40,895 nucleotides of DNA from a virus (taxonomy: Duplodnaviria; Caudoviricetes): IMG/VR virus record IMGVR_UViG_3300048850_000151, positions 1-40,895 of that record; one strand, given 5' to 3'. Shown piece by piece: positions 1 through 8,461 of the stretch. Position 1 is the first letter of the stretch; each line of letters opens with the position of its first letter. The position numbers were made by a program, and so were the translations under genes. The notes under the pieces were generated by a model. The model was not told the DNA's origin. It was given only the letters and a program-made list of their open reading frames with translations, and ran no database searches.

Positions 1-195
1 CTACCACGTCAATGGCGGACGGCGCGGGATCGGGTGCAGATCCGTGCGGCGGGCAAGCAGAGGGCGGCCAGTCTCGAAGCGCACGCACGCGAAGCTCCTG
101 CCCATCAGGTGCAGGACGTCACCATGCTGCCCCTTCGGCCCCAGGCCGAGGAACAGGACGCGGGCGCCAGCTGAGAGGCCGCTCCGCGTCGTCAT
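1..195 (-). CDS. Small hypothetical phage protein (64 aa)
   Basis: ATGA overlap with the stop of the upstream DUF2312 gene; part of a coupled leftward operon. Confidence 0.65.
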   Translation of the reverse strand: MTTRSGLSAGARVLFLGLGPKGQHGDVLHLMGRSFACVRFETGRPLLARRTDLHPIPRRPPLTW

Positions 196-428
196 ATTCC
201 CAGCGCCTGCTTGTACGTCTCGAGCAGCATGTCCGCTTCGTCGCGGTGGTGCTTCTCCAGGCGACGCAGCCGGATGATCGTCCGCATCGTCTTGATGTCG
301 AACCCGGTGGACTTCGCCTCTGCATAGACATCCTTGATGTCGTCGCTGAGGCCCTTCTTCTCTTCCTCGAGCCGCTCGATGCGCTCGATCAGCAGCCGGA
401 GCTGCTCGGCAGAGATGTTGTCGCTCAC
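192..428 (-). CDS. gapR: GapR-like / DUF2312 (UPF0335) nucleoid-associated DNA-binding protein
   Basis: GTG start at 428; sequence [39 protein letters not shown]...[10 protein letters not shown] is the GapR signature. Confidence 0.93.
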   Translation of the reverse strand: MSDNISAEQLRLLIERIERLEEEKKGLSDDIKDVYAEAKSTGFDIKTMRTIIRLRRLEKHHRDEADMLLETYKQALGI

Positions 429-640
429 AGGGCGAAGCCCACGAGCATGCCTGGGCCGTCGGTCACCCGATCCAAGAGGAACGTGATCACGCCGCCTAGG
501 AGCAGGCCGACGATCGTCCAGCCGATCATCTCGGTGCCTGATGCTTGAACCGGCGCAACGCTGGGCGCGTCTGGCCGGCAGGTGCTGCAGTCGCAATTGA
601 CCGGATGCCAAAGTGGCGCGGATTGGGTGTGGCGGGACAT
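425..640 (-). CDS. Small membrane protein with N-terminal CxCxxC
   Basis: 71 aa; [10 protein letters not shown] plus a hydrophobic segment; GTGA overlap with gapR. Confidence 0.6.
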   Translation of the reverse strand: MSRHTQSAPLWHPVNCDCSTCRPDAPSVAPVQASGTEMIGWTIVGLLLGGVITFLLDRVTDGPGMLVGFAL

Positions 641-825
641 CAGCGTTCCTCCAAGCGGGTGAGGTGGCGAAGCACGGTCAGGGCGGCGATCGTCGCGATC
701 GAGACGAGGACGATCGCGACTTCGGGCCGGCGGATCAGGGCGAAGAACAGGCCGAGGCCGTTCAGCACGCCAGCGGCGGCGATCACGCGGCGCGTGGCCG
801 GCGAGCGGCGGGCCGGAGGGCTCAC
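640..825 (-). CDS. Small two-TM membrane protein
   Basis: GTG at 825 overlaps the stop of the upstream ORF; two hydrophobic stretches; stop abuts the next ATG. Confidence 0.55.
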   Translation of the reverse strand: MSPPARRSPATRRVIAAAGVLNGLGLFFALIRRPEVAIVLVSIATIAALTVLRHLTRLEER

Positions 826-1097
826 GTGAGCTCCCTCAACGCGACCACGCTGTCGTCCTCCAGCTCCATTTTCACGAGCTGCACCAGCTGGTGCATGTCG
901 ATCGAAAAGACGGTGCTCAGCGCGACCACAGTCATGAACAGCAGCGGGGTGGCGTCTGCCTCGATCAGTTCGAGCCACTCTGCGCGGGCGTGCTCGGCGG
1001 TCCGTGGTTCGGTCGCTAGACGCGCGGCGACGTCGACGATCGTCAGACCCGCGGCTTCGCGCTGTCGCTTAATGTAGACGCCGGGGGTGAGGGGCAC
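822..1097 (-). CDS. XRE-family helix-turn-helix protein
   Basis: YIKRQREAAGLTIVDVAARL is an XRE HTH pattern; GGAG RBS upstream. Confidence 0.7.
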   Translation of the reverse strand: MPLTPGVYIKRQREAAGLTIVDVAARLATEPRTAEHARAEWLELIEADATPLLFMTVVALSTVFSIDMHQLVQLVKMELEDDSVVALRELT

Positions 1098-1190
1098 GGG
1101 ATGTCTCCAGGCAGCAGTTCACCGCCTCGCGAAGCGGGTTCGCGAGCAGCGGCAGGTTGTTCGTGGTGGGTCAGTCTCGGGGGGCTGGGC

Positions 1191-1661
1191 TTAGGTCGGC
1201 CCCTCGCGGGCGCGGTCGAGCGCCGCGCGCAGAACGGCGACGCAAGCGTCGGCCGCCGCGTCGCTCTGCTCGGCCTCGCGGAGCGCGTCCTCGATCAGGC
1301 GGGGATCGGTGGATCCGGCCGCGAGGATCATCGCGGCCGTGGCGTCACCCGCTTCCTTCGCGTGGTTGGCGGCAGCGCGGCCGATCGCCGCCTGGTCGAC
1401 GAAGCGCTCCGCCTTGCTGCTGTCCAGGCGACGTCCGAGCGCCTCGTAGAGGGGGAAGCCCTCGCCCCAGCGGGCGTGCGCCTCAAGGTCGAGCGCCTCG
1501 AGATCGGCCACGTTCAGCACCGTGTCTCGGGCGGGATCGGTCAGGGCGAGAAGATAGTGGGCCTTGCGGCCCGTCACCTCGGCCGCGCGCTCGATGGTCA
1601 TCCGGCCGATCACCGCCATCAGCGTGTTCTCGATCGACACGGGTTCCCGAAGCTTGGTCAT
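1191..1661 (-). CDS. Phage regulatory protein, possibly CII-like
   Basis: ATG at 1661 (MTKLREPVSIE); N-terminal HTH-like IERAAEVTGRK, helical C-terminus; lies downstream of the cro-like gene. Confidence 0.6.
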   Translation of the reverse strand: MTKLREPVSIENTLMAVIGRMTIERAAEVTGRKAHYLLALTDPARDTVLNVADLEALDLEAHARWGEGFPLYEALGRRLDSSKAERFVDQAAIGRAAANHAKEAGDATAAMILAAGSTDPRLIEDALREAEQSDAAADACVAVLRAALDRAREGPT

Positions 1662-1670
1662 GACTCGATC

Positions 1671-1787
1671 ACCCGAAAACCCGGCGCCGATTGGGCAAGA
1701 GAATCGGCGCCGGGTCGGGTACGAGAAGACGGCAGACAAGTACGAGCCCCGCGCGACGTCGGTGGGGAGGATGCACCGCGCGGGTTC
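1671..1787. promoter_or_regulatory. Two tandem GC-rich hairpins in the early-left transcript
   Basis: Perfect 13-bp stem 1680-1692/1702-1714 (extendable 1671-1676/1715-1720); second stem 1748-1755/1777-1784. Confidence 0.45.
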
Positions 1788-1883
1788 CGGCCGGTCTGCC
1801 AGCGGCCGAAGGGGGAAGGGCTTGGGTGAACGAAAAGAGCATCCGCAGCTGCTGGCCGCAGAACCTCGGCTGGAAGTTGGTCG

Positions 1884-2171
1884 TCATGCGCGCGCGCCTG
1901 AGTCGAGCGTGGCGCCCGCTGGCTCGGCGGCGGGGTCGACCTCGCCGGCCTTGAGGCCGAGGCGCACGGCAATGTTGTGGCTGATGCCGAAGTGGCCCTG
2001 CAGGCGCCCCGAGAGCACGTGATAGACGGTGCGGCGCGAGTAGCCGTGCTCGTCCGCCCAGCTGGCGATTGTCTGCCCGCGGCTGCGCATGGTGGCGTGA
2101 ACGGCCGCGCGACGAGCGTGCGCAGGCGCGGCGCTGCCGCTGCTTTCCGGCGATTGCGAATCGTGCGGCAT
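1884..2171 (-). CDS. Ner/Cro-like DNA-binding protein (BcepMu gp16 family)
   Basis: GQTIASWADEHGYSRRTVYHVLSGR...HNIAVRLGLKAG matches the family pattern; divergent from the repressor. Confidence 0.8.
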   Translation of the reverse strand: MPHDSQSPESSGSAAPAHARRAAVHATMRSRGQTIASWADEHGYSRRTVYHVLSGRLQGHFGISHNIAVRLGLKAGEVDPAAEPAGATLDSGARA

Positions 2172-2245
2172 CTGTCATGCCTCGTTGTGGATACTGATGA
2201 GGCAGATGTGCATCGCGCACGAGACAGAGTCAACACGGATGTATC

Positions 2246-2584
2246 GTGGACGGTGAACTAGCCAGCCGTTTGCGACGCACACGCGAGCTGCGCGGCCTCA
2301 ACCAGGCTGAGTTCGCGGCTCTCGGAGGCGTGTCTCGCAACACCCAATACACCTACGAGCAAGCGACGCGCTCGCCCGACTCTGCGTATCTGCAGCGGCT
2401 CGCGGCAAACGGCATCGACGCCGCTTACATCCTCACCGGCGTCCGCCAGGAACTCGCCGTGGAGGGCTGGGCGACCGAGCTGCTCGACCTCGCCACCCGC
2501 CTTGATCAGCCCGCCCGCGACGCGCTCCTCTTCATCGCCCGTCGCATGGGCAATGACACACACACGCTGCGGGAAGGGGGTTAA
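2246..2584 (+). CDS. CI-like XRE repressor without S24 peptidase domain
   Basis: RLRRTRELRGLNQAEFAALGGVSRNTQYTYEQATRSPDSAYL; only 112 aa; divergent from the cro-like gene. Confidence 0.85.
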   Translation: MDGELASRLRRTRELRGLNQAEFAALGGVSRNTQYTYEQATRSPDSAYLQRLAANGIDAAYILTGVRQELAVEGWATELLDLATRLDQPARDALLFIARRMGNDTHTLREGG

Positions 2585-2646
2585 AGAGCGACGTTACGAC
2601 GGCTGGAACATGTCAGCATTTACTCTTCAGAGGCAACAGCCGGACA

Positions 2647-3903
2647 TTAAAAAGCTGGAGGATGAAGGTCTTCGAATGCTTCGAAGATGGTTCGAAGTAG
2701 TAGGTCCATTTCAGGGAAGCGCCGGCGGAGTATGGCGGGAGATCTGACTTTAGCGATTGCGTCTCGGAACGCTTTCGAGACCGCATCTTTGTCCTGTATC
2801 ACACCTTGGTACCGACCGACGCTCTCGATCCATTGCGCCCAGCGGATCGGGCGCAAGGTCCCATCCTGCATCCTCAAAGACTCGCGCCCGAGGTACAGCT
2901 CAATCGGCGCGCCGGCTTTATTGACGTCCATGCGCTTTAACCCTGCGGGCCCAAGCGTGGGATAGCTGCTCGCGAGCTTTGTCTCGGGTAAGAGCATGAG
3001 CCGCACGTTGCGAGGGAAGCGCACCCCTGAAAGGGAGCGATGAGCTTCAAGGCCCGCCGCATCGTTGTCGAACAAGGCTATCATCCGGTTGCGAACCCGA
3101 GCGCCAGAGAGGACCTTGATCATCCTTGCTAGCAGCGACGCACCGCCTTCGATGCGAAACTCGTCGAAGTCCAGGAACTGATATGCGGTCGCGTACTCCG
3201 GATACATCGCGCCAAGGGCCGCACTTATCAGGCGGGTGTCGGACTTTCCCTCTGTCAGTACGATGATTTTACCAGACGCTAGATCTTCGTACTGGCCCTC
3301 GTCTTCTCGTAGCATCTGCTGAGGTGTTCGTGTGTCGTTATCATCATTATATAACGCACCGCATTCCATCCATACCGGCGCCTTAGGTGTGGCTTCTAAG
3401 AGGAGCGCGAGTTGGGCATGGGCATCATTGATTGATCGCAGCAGATCGAAGCCTGCGTAATGCCGGAGATCAACCAGAAGGCCATTAGGATACGAAGCTA
3501 TGCGGCCGGACAGGCCTTCTAGCCAGTCCGAAAAGCTGATCGCCGCAATATCATTCAGTTCGTCTTCGAAGTGGCCCTCAACCCTGCTCGCGTAGGATCG
3601 ATAGAATTCTAACTTGTCGTTTCGTGCTCGCTCCCAAGCGTCTTTGCAAAAGTCTGCCGTGTACCCTTGAATCAGAAGTCGCTTACGTACTGTCTCGGCC
3701 GGAGCGAGGAAGTAGTGATAGATCTTCGGCTCTTCATCATAGTAGGACTTGAGCATCCGGCGAACGAAGGCATGCGCGCGGGCTGGGGGTCTATGATGCA
3801 TATCGCTCTCTGAGAAAGCGACATCGCTCCAGCCCTCCCACGAGAGGTAGCCAGCGTCCGGTACGGCTACCGAGCCTACATGCACCTCTACTTCATCGCT
3901 CAT
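2647..3903 (-). CDS. HEPN/Toprim-associated N-terminal domain plus OLD-like TOPRIM domain protein, candidate defence gene
   Basis: TOPRIM motifs KIIVLTEGKSD and IALFDNDAAG; N-terminal VRKRLLIQGYT; visibly more AT-rich than the phage core. Confidence 0.75.
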   Translation of the reverse strand: MSDEVEVHVGSVAVPDAGYLSWEGWSDVAFSESDMHHRPPARAHAFVRRMLKSYYDEEPKIYHYFLAPAETVRKRLLIQGYTADFCKDAWERARNDKLEFYRSYASRVEGHFEDELNDIAAISFSDWLEGLSGRIASYPNGLLVDLRHYAGFDLLRSINDAHAQLALLLEATPKAPVWMECGALYNDDNDTRTPQQMLREDEGQYEDLASGKIIVLTEGKSDTRLISAALGAMYPEYATAYQFLDFDEFRIEGGASLLARMIKVLSGARVRNRMIALFDNDAAGLEAHRSLSGVRFPRNVRLMLLPETKLASSYPTLGPAGLKRMDVNKAGAPIELYLGRESLRMQDGTLRPIRWAQWIESVGRYQGVIQDKDAVSKAFRDAIAKVRSPAILRRRFPEMDLLLRTIFEAFEDLHPPAF

Positions 3904-3936
3904 TTCCCACCGTTCGTTCCCTAGGTCTGGGTCCAG

Positions 3937-4167
3937 TTAGTAGCTCAGCCAGTCCATCTCTGCATCGTCAACCGCTTCAAAGCTCTCGCCATCGGCTTGC
4001 ATCCGGTTGAGGTGCGCGCGCACGGCGTCGGCGTCCCCCTCGCGTGGGAAGCTGCGGTCCGATCGCGCGGCTTGTGCCAGGCGGCCGACGCCATCCTCCC
4101 GATCCCGCTGGAGCAGCAGCCACGCCGCGAAGGCCGGGCGCGGTTCGCCATATCGATCCATCTGCAT
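3937..4167 (-). CDS. YozE SAM-like family protein
   Basis: FAAWLLLQRDREDGVGRLAQAARSDRSFP fits the YozE pattern; GGAGG RBS upstream. Confidence 0.75.
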   Translation of the reverse strand: MQMDRYGEPRPAFAAWLLLQRDREDGVGRLAQAARSDRSFPREGDADAVRAHLNRMQADGESFEAVDDAEMDWLSY

Positions 4168-4210
4168 GAAGTGCCTCCACTTGCCGACTCACGGCTGCGG
4201 CGTTTATCAC

Positions 4211-4225
4211 GTTCGCATTATGTTC
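4211..4225. promoter_or_regulatory. Alphaproteobacterial LexA (SOS) box
   Basis: GTTCgcattatGTTC is a perfect GTTC-N7-GTTC, between the divergent yozE-like and thermonuclease genes. Confidence 0.8.
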
Positions 4226-4263
4226 CTCAACGGAGTTCCCATGGCGCCAGAGTTGCAACCACG

Positions 4264-4794
4264 ATGACGCGCCGCCGCCGGCGCCGTCGGTCCTCCTCGC
4301 CCGCCGTGCTCCTGGTTGCGATCGTCGCCGCAGCCAGCTTCTTCTGGCCGGAGCTGAAGGAGCAACTGCCCGAGCTCGAAGAGATCGCCGGCACGGCGCC
4401 CACGCGAGAGGCCAGTGGCAGCAAGCCGGCAACCGCCGGGCTGCTCGAATGCCATGTGACCAGCGTCTATGACGGGGATGGCCCGATCCATTGTGCCGAA
4501 GGGCCGAAGATCCGCCTATCCGCGATCGCCGCGCGCGAGATGAATGGGATCTGCCGACCAGGGCACCCATGCCCCACCGCCTCGGCCGGCGAGGCGAAGC
4601 GCGCGCTCGAGCGCCTGGCGCTGGGGCAGACGCTGCGATGCGAGCAGAATGGCACGAGCTATGACCGGGTGACCGCCTGGTGCTGGCGCCCGGACGGCGT
4701 CCAGCTCAACTGCGCGATGGTCGAGGGCGGCTATGCGGCGCGTTGGGAGCGGTACGATGTCGGCAGACGGCTTTGCAGCCGGCTCGGGGTCTGA
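4264..4794 (+). CDS. Membrane-anchored thermonuclease (SNase family)
   Basis: Arg-rich N-terminus plus TM anchor; VYDGDG, IRLSAIAARE, SYDRVTAWC and LNCAMVEGGYA motifs. Confidence 0.8.
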   Translation: MTRRRRRRRSSSPAVLLVAIVAAASFFWPELKEQLPELEEIAGTAPTREASGSKPATAGLLECHVTSVYDGDGPIHCAEGPKIRLSAIAAREMNGICRPGHPCPTASAGEAKRALERLALGQTLRCEQNGTSYDRVTAWCWRPDGVQLNCAMVEGGYAARWERYDVGRRLCSRLGV

Positions 4795-4799
4795 GGGAA

Positions 4800-4890
4800 G
4801 GGGTACCGGCGGGGTATCGCCCCTGTATTGCGCGCCGGAAGCTGAGGATCTCGGCCGGGCCGTTCGGACGCGGCGGAGGGCACTTCCGCC
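4800..4890 (+). repeat. att-like site A (arm pair plus core)
   Basis: GGGGTACC 4800-4807, GGGGTATC 4811-4818, 53-bp gap, core GGCGGA-gggcact-TCCGCC 4872-4890. Confidence 0.8.
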
Positions 4891-4927
4891 GTCTAGGGCG
4901 CGAATTGTAGAACGGGGGCATTCGCCC

Positions 4928-5170
4928 CTAGGTTGAGGTTGCGGCGGATTTCAGTGCGGTGATGTACATCGAGTAGAGGATCAGGCCCCTTGCATCGGTG
5001 GCCTCGACCTTCCAATCCTGGTCGACCCATACCTGTTCGGCGTGATCCTTCAAAACTTGTCCGACGAAGCTCGCGACCTCTACGCGCAGTTCGGTGAGGC
5101 TCTCCATTTCCACCTCTGCCGCGATGGCGATGTGGGACTCAGTGCGAAGATTGATGAAGTAGGTGGTCAT
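4928..5170 (-). CDS. DUF6894-family small protein
   Basis: MTTYFINLR...DWKVEATDARGLILY fits this alphaproteobacterial family. Confidence 0.7.
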   Translation of the reverse strand: MTTYFINLRTESHIAIAAEVEMESLTELRVEVASFVGQVLKDHAEQVWVDQDWKVEATDARGLILYSMYITALKSAATST

Positions 5171-5306
5171 CGCTGGCTCCCGCTATACGTGCGCCTCGTC
5201 TAGGAAACGCCTACGCAGGGCAGGGCCTCTTGAGCGGTTAACGTACGACAGGAGCCCTCGTTTCCGCAATTGCGCGTTGCCACGCTCGGCTGGCTCGCCG
5301 GACCGC

Positions 5307-5325
5307 GGCGGAGGGCGTGTCCGCT
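5307..5325 (+). repeat. att-like site B (core only)
   Basis: GGCGGA-gggcgtg-TCCGCT, intergenic; no clear arm pair upstream. Confidence 0.6.
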
Positions 5326-5410
5326 GCGGTCATCCATCCTCTCACACGTAGCTCTCGACACAATCTTGCTGGTGGGCCAGCTTGGCTATCGTCGATCGGG
5401 GGGACGGGAA

Positions 5411-6751
5411 TTGAACGAGTTAATACAGAAGACAGTCACTGAACTCGATGCTTGGGAAAAGGCGCTGAAAGCGGCGCTTCCTAACGCCGGTCAAACGCTC
5501 AACCAGACTTACGGGTGGAACATGCCATCCGTGTCTCGCGACGACCTCGTCGTCCGGATCGATACGGTCCGGGATAAGCTCGCGGCGCTTCCTGATGAGA
5601 CATCAAGCCTGCTGAGAGCTGAATTGGAAGAGTCGCCGGCGCGGTTGAGCTGGGTACGGAGCAACGTCCTTCCGAACATCGCGGGGGGACACGCCGGCGT
5701 GGTCGTCGACCAGATCTTCCAAGAGTTAGATCGCCTCGAGAGAGCCATGGCTCCCAGTCTGCTCCCAGAGTGGGAGAAGCTCGCGTCAGACGGGCTGCTG
5801 CCCAGAAAGTTGACCGCACGGCTCCGTGCCGTTGAGGCACGGCTTCTTGAATTGGAGCCACGCTCTGGTGAACTCGAGCAAAAGATACGCCTCATCGATG
5901 ATGCGACTGCGTCTGCAGAACAGTTGCCTACAGACTTGGCAACGTTGGCAGAAGGACGTGACCAAGTGGCCTCCACCCGGCGGCAGGTGGATGGAATGGC
6001 GACAAAAGTAACCACCTCGGTGAAGGAGGCGGAGACGGCTCTGAGGGAGATCAAAAACGTAGCATCAGAGTCTGAGAAGCTATTTGAGCGTCTTGAAGAT
6101 ATCTACAAGGCAGGATCCACAAAGGGCCTGGCTTCAGCTTTCTCAAAGAAGGCGGAAGCGCTTAACGCTAGCCTATACCTCTGGGTGGTCATTCTCATTG
6201 TGGACCTAATCGCGGGCGCTTGGATCGGCGCAGAGAGGTTCAAGGTCATGCAAGCCATTTTGCAGGCGGCCATGACTCCCACGGCGTTCTGGGCAAACTT
6301 CGCCTTTTCTCTGCTAAGCGTAGCAGGCCCTGTTTGGCTTGGGTGGGTAGCAACTAAGCAAATCAATCAGAGATTTAAACTCGCCGAGGATTACAGTTTC
6401 AAGGCTTCCGTAGCCTCCGCATACGAAGGCTACAAAAGCGAGGCTGTACGCCTTGATCCCGCATTTGAGAAACGGCTATTCAGTAGCGCACTAACTAGGC
6501 TCGAGGAGGCGCCGCTGCGTTTCGTCGACACTGAGAACTTCGGTACACCCTGGCATGAACTAACGTCGAGTCCGGCCTTTACTAAGGCCTTAGAGCTGGT
6601 TCCCGATCTGAAGGGTACAGTTGCCTCCATCGTTTCTAGCGCTACCGGAGCGGCTGCGGGAGCCGCGACGATGTTCAAGGTGGCTGAGGCAAAGTCGACC
6701 CTTCAGTCGAGAGACAAATCCTCAGATGACAGCGACCGCAACGACCTTTGA
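5411..6751 (+). CDS. Coiled-coil membrane protein (two C-terminal TM helices), candidate defence/exclusion gene
   Basis: TTG start after a purine-rich RBS; long heptad region, then GLASAF..TM..TM..RFKLAEDYSFKAS..YEGY; more AT-rich than the phage core. Confidence 0.75.
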   Translation: MNELIQKTVTELDAWEKALKAALPNAGQTLNQTYGWNMPSVSRDDLVVRIDTVRDKLAALPDETSSLLRAELEESPARLSWVRSNVLPNIAGGHAGVVVDQIFQELDRLERAMAPSLLPEWEKLASDGLLPRKLTARLRAVEARLLELEPRSGELEQKIRLIDDATASAEQLPTDLATLAEGRDQVASTRRQVDGMATKVTTSVKEAETALREIKNVASESEKLFERLEDIYKAGSTKGLASAFSKKAEALNASLYLWVVILIVDLIAGAWIGAERFKVMQAILQAAMTPTAFWANFAFSLLSVAGPVWLGWVATKQINQRFKLAEDYSFKASVASAYEGYKSEAVRLDPAFEKRLFSSALTRLEEAPLRFVDTENFGTPWHELTSSPAFTKALELVPDLKGTVASIVSSATGAAAGAATMFKVAEAKSTLQSRDKSSDDSDRNDL

Positions 6752-6823
6752 TGCCGCTATCGGCATTCTCAACGCCTCATCCTAGCGACCTTCCTAGTCT
6801 TTCCGGGCGCAGAGCCACCACAC

Positions 6824-6922
6824 CAGGGCCAACAAATGAGGGGAACTGCTACGCAATTGATCGCCGAGTTCCCCACCGTTCTTGAAAGCGATGGCTAGGC
6901 GAAGGCGGAGGGCCGGTCCGGG
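6824..6922 (+). repeat. att-like site C (degenerate arms plus core)
   Basis: Degenerate arms CAGGGCCAAC..GGGGAACT ending 6847, 56-bp gap, core GGCGGA-gggccgg-TCCGGG 6904-6922. Confidence 0.55.
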
Positions 6923-7021
6923 CGTCAACGACTGGAAGGGGTGGATCGCGGCGCGGCTGGTTGGAAGTCCGTCTGCTAATCTCGACCGCGCGTTCAACTT
7001 CGTTTGAGGTGCGGGGCGCCT

Positions 7022-7810
7022 TTACCATCGCGCGGTCGCAAACCGAGAATGCTTGTGGTTATGTATAGCGCAAAAGCCATCTAAGTCTGGGAACATGGTC
7101 TCTGGTGAAATATCGAACGCTCCTCTTAGTTGACGAAGGTAGGCGCCTTTCTGCTCTGATTTAATGCTAAAAACCATTAGGTGGGTGTTGCTTGCTAGCG
7201 TCAACGTTCCGTAAGCCTGGTCAGTCTGTATCCGACTATACACGAACTGAGAATGCTGAGCTGAAACCCGTTTCGAGACCGCAGGTGGATCCCACGTCTG
7301 CGGATGATCATGCTTACACGCAGCCTTGATGACCTCTTCGTAGGTTCCGCTAAGCAGATGCCCTTCGCCACCGCCGAGATGGTTAGAACTTATTCCAAAT
7401 AGTAAGCCGGAGCGGTCAGGCTCTGTATAGCAGGCGAAAAATAGACCTACCATGATGCTACGCGTAGCATCAATCAGGCGGGTTGCGGCCCCATGATGCT
7501 GGAGGCGAGCAAGCAACTCGAAGTCTGATAGCTCTCGGCCTTCGTGGTAGCGGTAGCCGCGATGTGTCGCGCGATTGAGAAGCCACCGCTCATGGTATGC
7601 CACATCACGTTCAGTCGGCGCCGGTTCGCTCAACCGGAGCATCCTGTAGCACCCGCTGTCGAGCAGCCAGCGCTCGTCGGCTTGGCCGCGCCACATCCTG
7701 ACGTGAGGGTGAGGAAAAGTGGCTTCGTCAGCAGCCACAGCGTCGAGCATCTCGCTGATAGACGTGGGCTCGAGCACGTTGCCAAAACGACGGTCGCTAC
7801 GCTGTTTCAT
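7022..7810 (-). CDS. FRG domain protein
   Basis: MWRGQAD, LQHHGAATRLIDATRSIMVGLFFAC, RVSAQHSQF and MFPDLDG motifs; start at 7810 or 7840. Confidence 0.9.
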   Translation of the reverse strand: MKQRSDRRFGNVLEPTSISEMLDAVAADEATFPHPHVRMWRGQADERWLLDSGCYRMLRLSEPAPTERDVAYHERWLLNRATHRGYRYHEGRELSDFELLARLQHHGAATRLIDATRSIMVGLFFACYTEPDRSGLLFGISSNHLGGGEGHLLSGTYEEVIKAACKHDHPQTWDPPAVSKRVSAQHSQFVYSRIQTDQAYGTLTLASNTHLMVFSIKSEQKGAYLRQLRGAFDISPETMFPDLDGFCAIHNHKHSRFATARW

Positions 7811-7939
7811 GGGAGCAGCTATCCCAAGCAAATAGGTCATGACAATCGGTCGATGGTCAGTTGAACAAGCGCTCAAAAGAACGAGGCAGGCAAGCGAGAG
7901 CGCACCGTTCGCAACGCACGCTTCTTGCCGGTAACAGCA

Positions 7940-8032
7940 GGGGGTAGCGTGGGGGGCACCGTTCGCAGCGAGTGCCCTGGTCTCAAGCGTTTGTGCGGTG
8001 TTCGCCCAAACACGGCGGAGGGTCTCTCCTGC
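7940..8032 (+). repeat. att-like site D (arm pair plus core)
   Basis: GGGGGTAGC 7940-7948, GGGGCACC 7953-7960, 53-bp gap, core GGCGGA-gggtctc-TCCTGC 8014-8032. Confidence 0.7.
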
Positions 8033-8158
8033 GCGATCGCCCGTGGCCACAGCGACTTTCGACATGACGTCGACCCGCTCGCGTGAGTATCCGCTGGATC
8101 ATACTGGCTGTTTGCAGCGTCCGGCGATAGTCTCACGGCATACATGACAGGGGGCACA

Positions 8159-8350
8159 ATGACCGATCCCAAGGTGTTCAATGAACCGAGCAACGTTGAG
8201 GCCGAGGGGGCTGTGGTCCACGTTCAAGGCCCGTCAGACGCCGACATGTCGCTGACGCCGAAAGCTGCACTGGAAACCGCCAACCGTCTCAGCGAAGCGG
8301 CAGTGGAGGCGCTGATGCATCAAGCTTCCGCAAGTAAGACAGGAGGCTAG
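8159..8350 (+). CDS. Small hypothetical protein (63 aa)
   Basis: AGGGGG RBS; PSNVEAEGAVVHVQGP..SLTPKAALETANRL resembles a small sphingomonad protein family. Confidence 0.65.
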   Translation: MTDPKVFNEPSNVEAEGAVVHVQGPSDADMSLTPKAALETANRLSEAAVEALMHQASASKTGG

Positions 8351-8388
8351 GCACGGCGTCCGCTTTCCCGCTGCCTCTGCTGGAACAT

Positions 8389-8407
8389 GGAGGAGGGCGT
8401 CTCCGCC
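8389..8407 (+). repeat. att-like site E (core only)
   Basis: GGAGGA-gggcgtc-TCCGCC between convergent genes; upstream flank resembles that of site F. Confidence 0.6.
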
Positions 8408-8461
8408 GCCGCGCACGATGCGGTTACGAGAATATTGCTTTTAACAGCGCTGGTTCGGGGC

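Noticed and set aside
13-32. TGGCGGACGGCGCGGGATCG resembles the tRNA 3' end (possible distal att)
   Set aside because: Lies inside a coding sequence, has several mismatches and no arm repeats; phage early genes run up to the window edge, so the true att is probably outside
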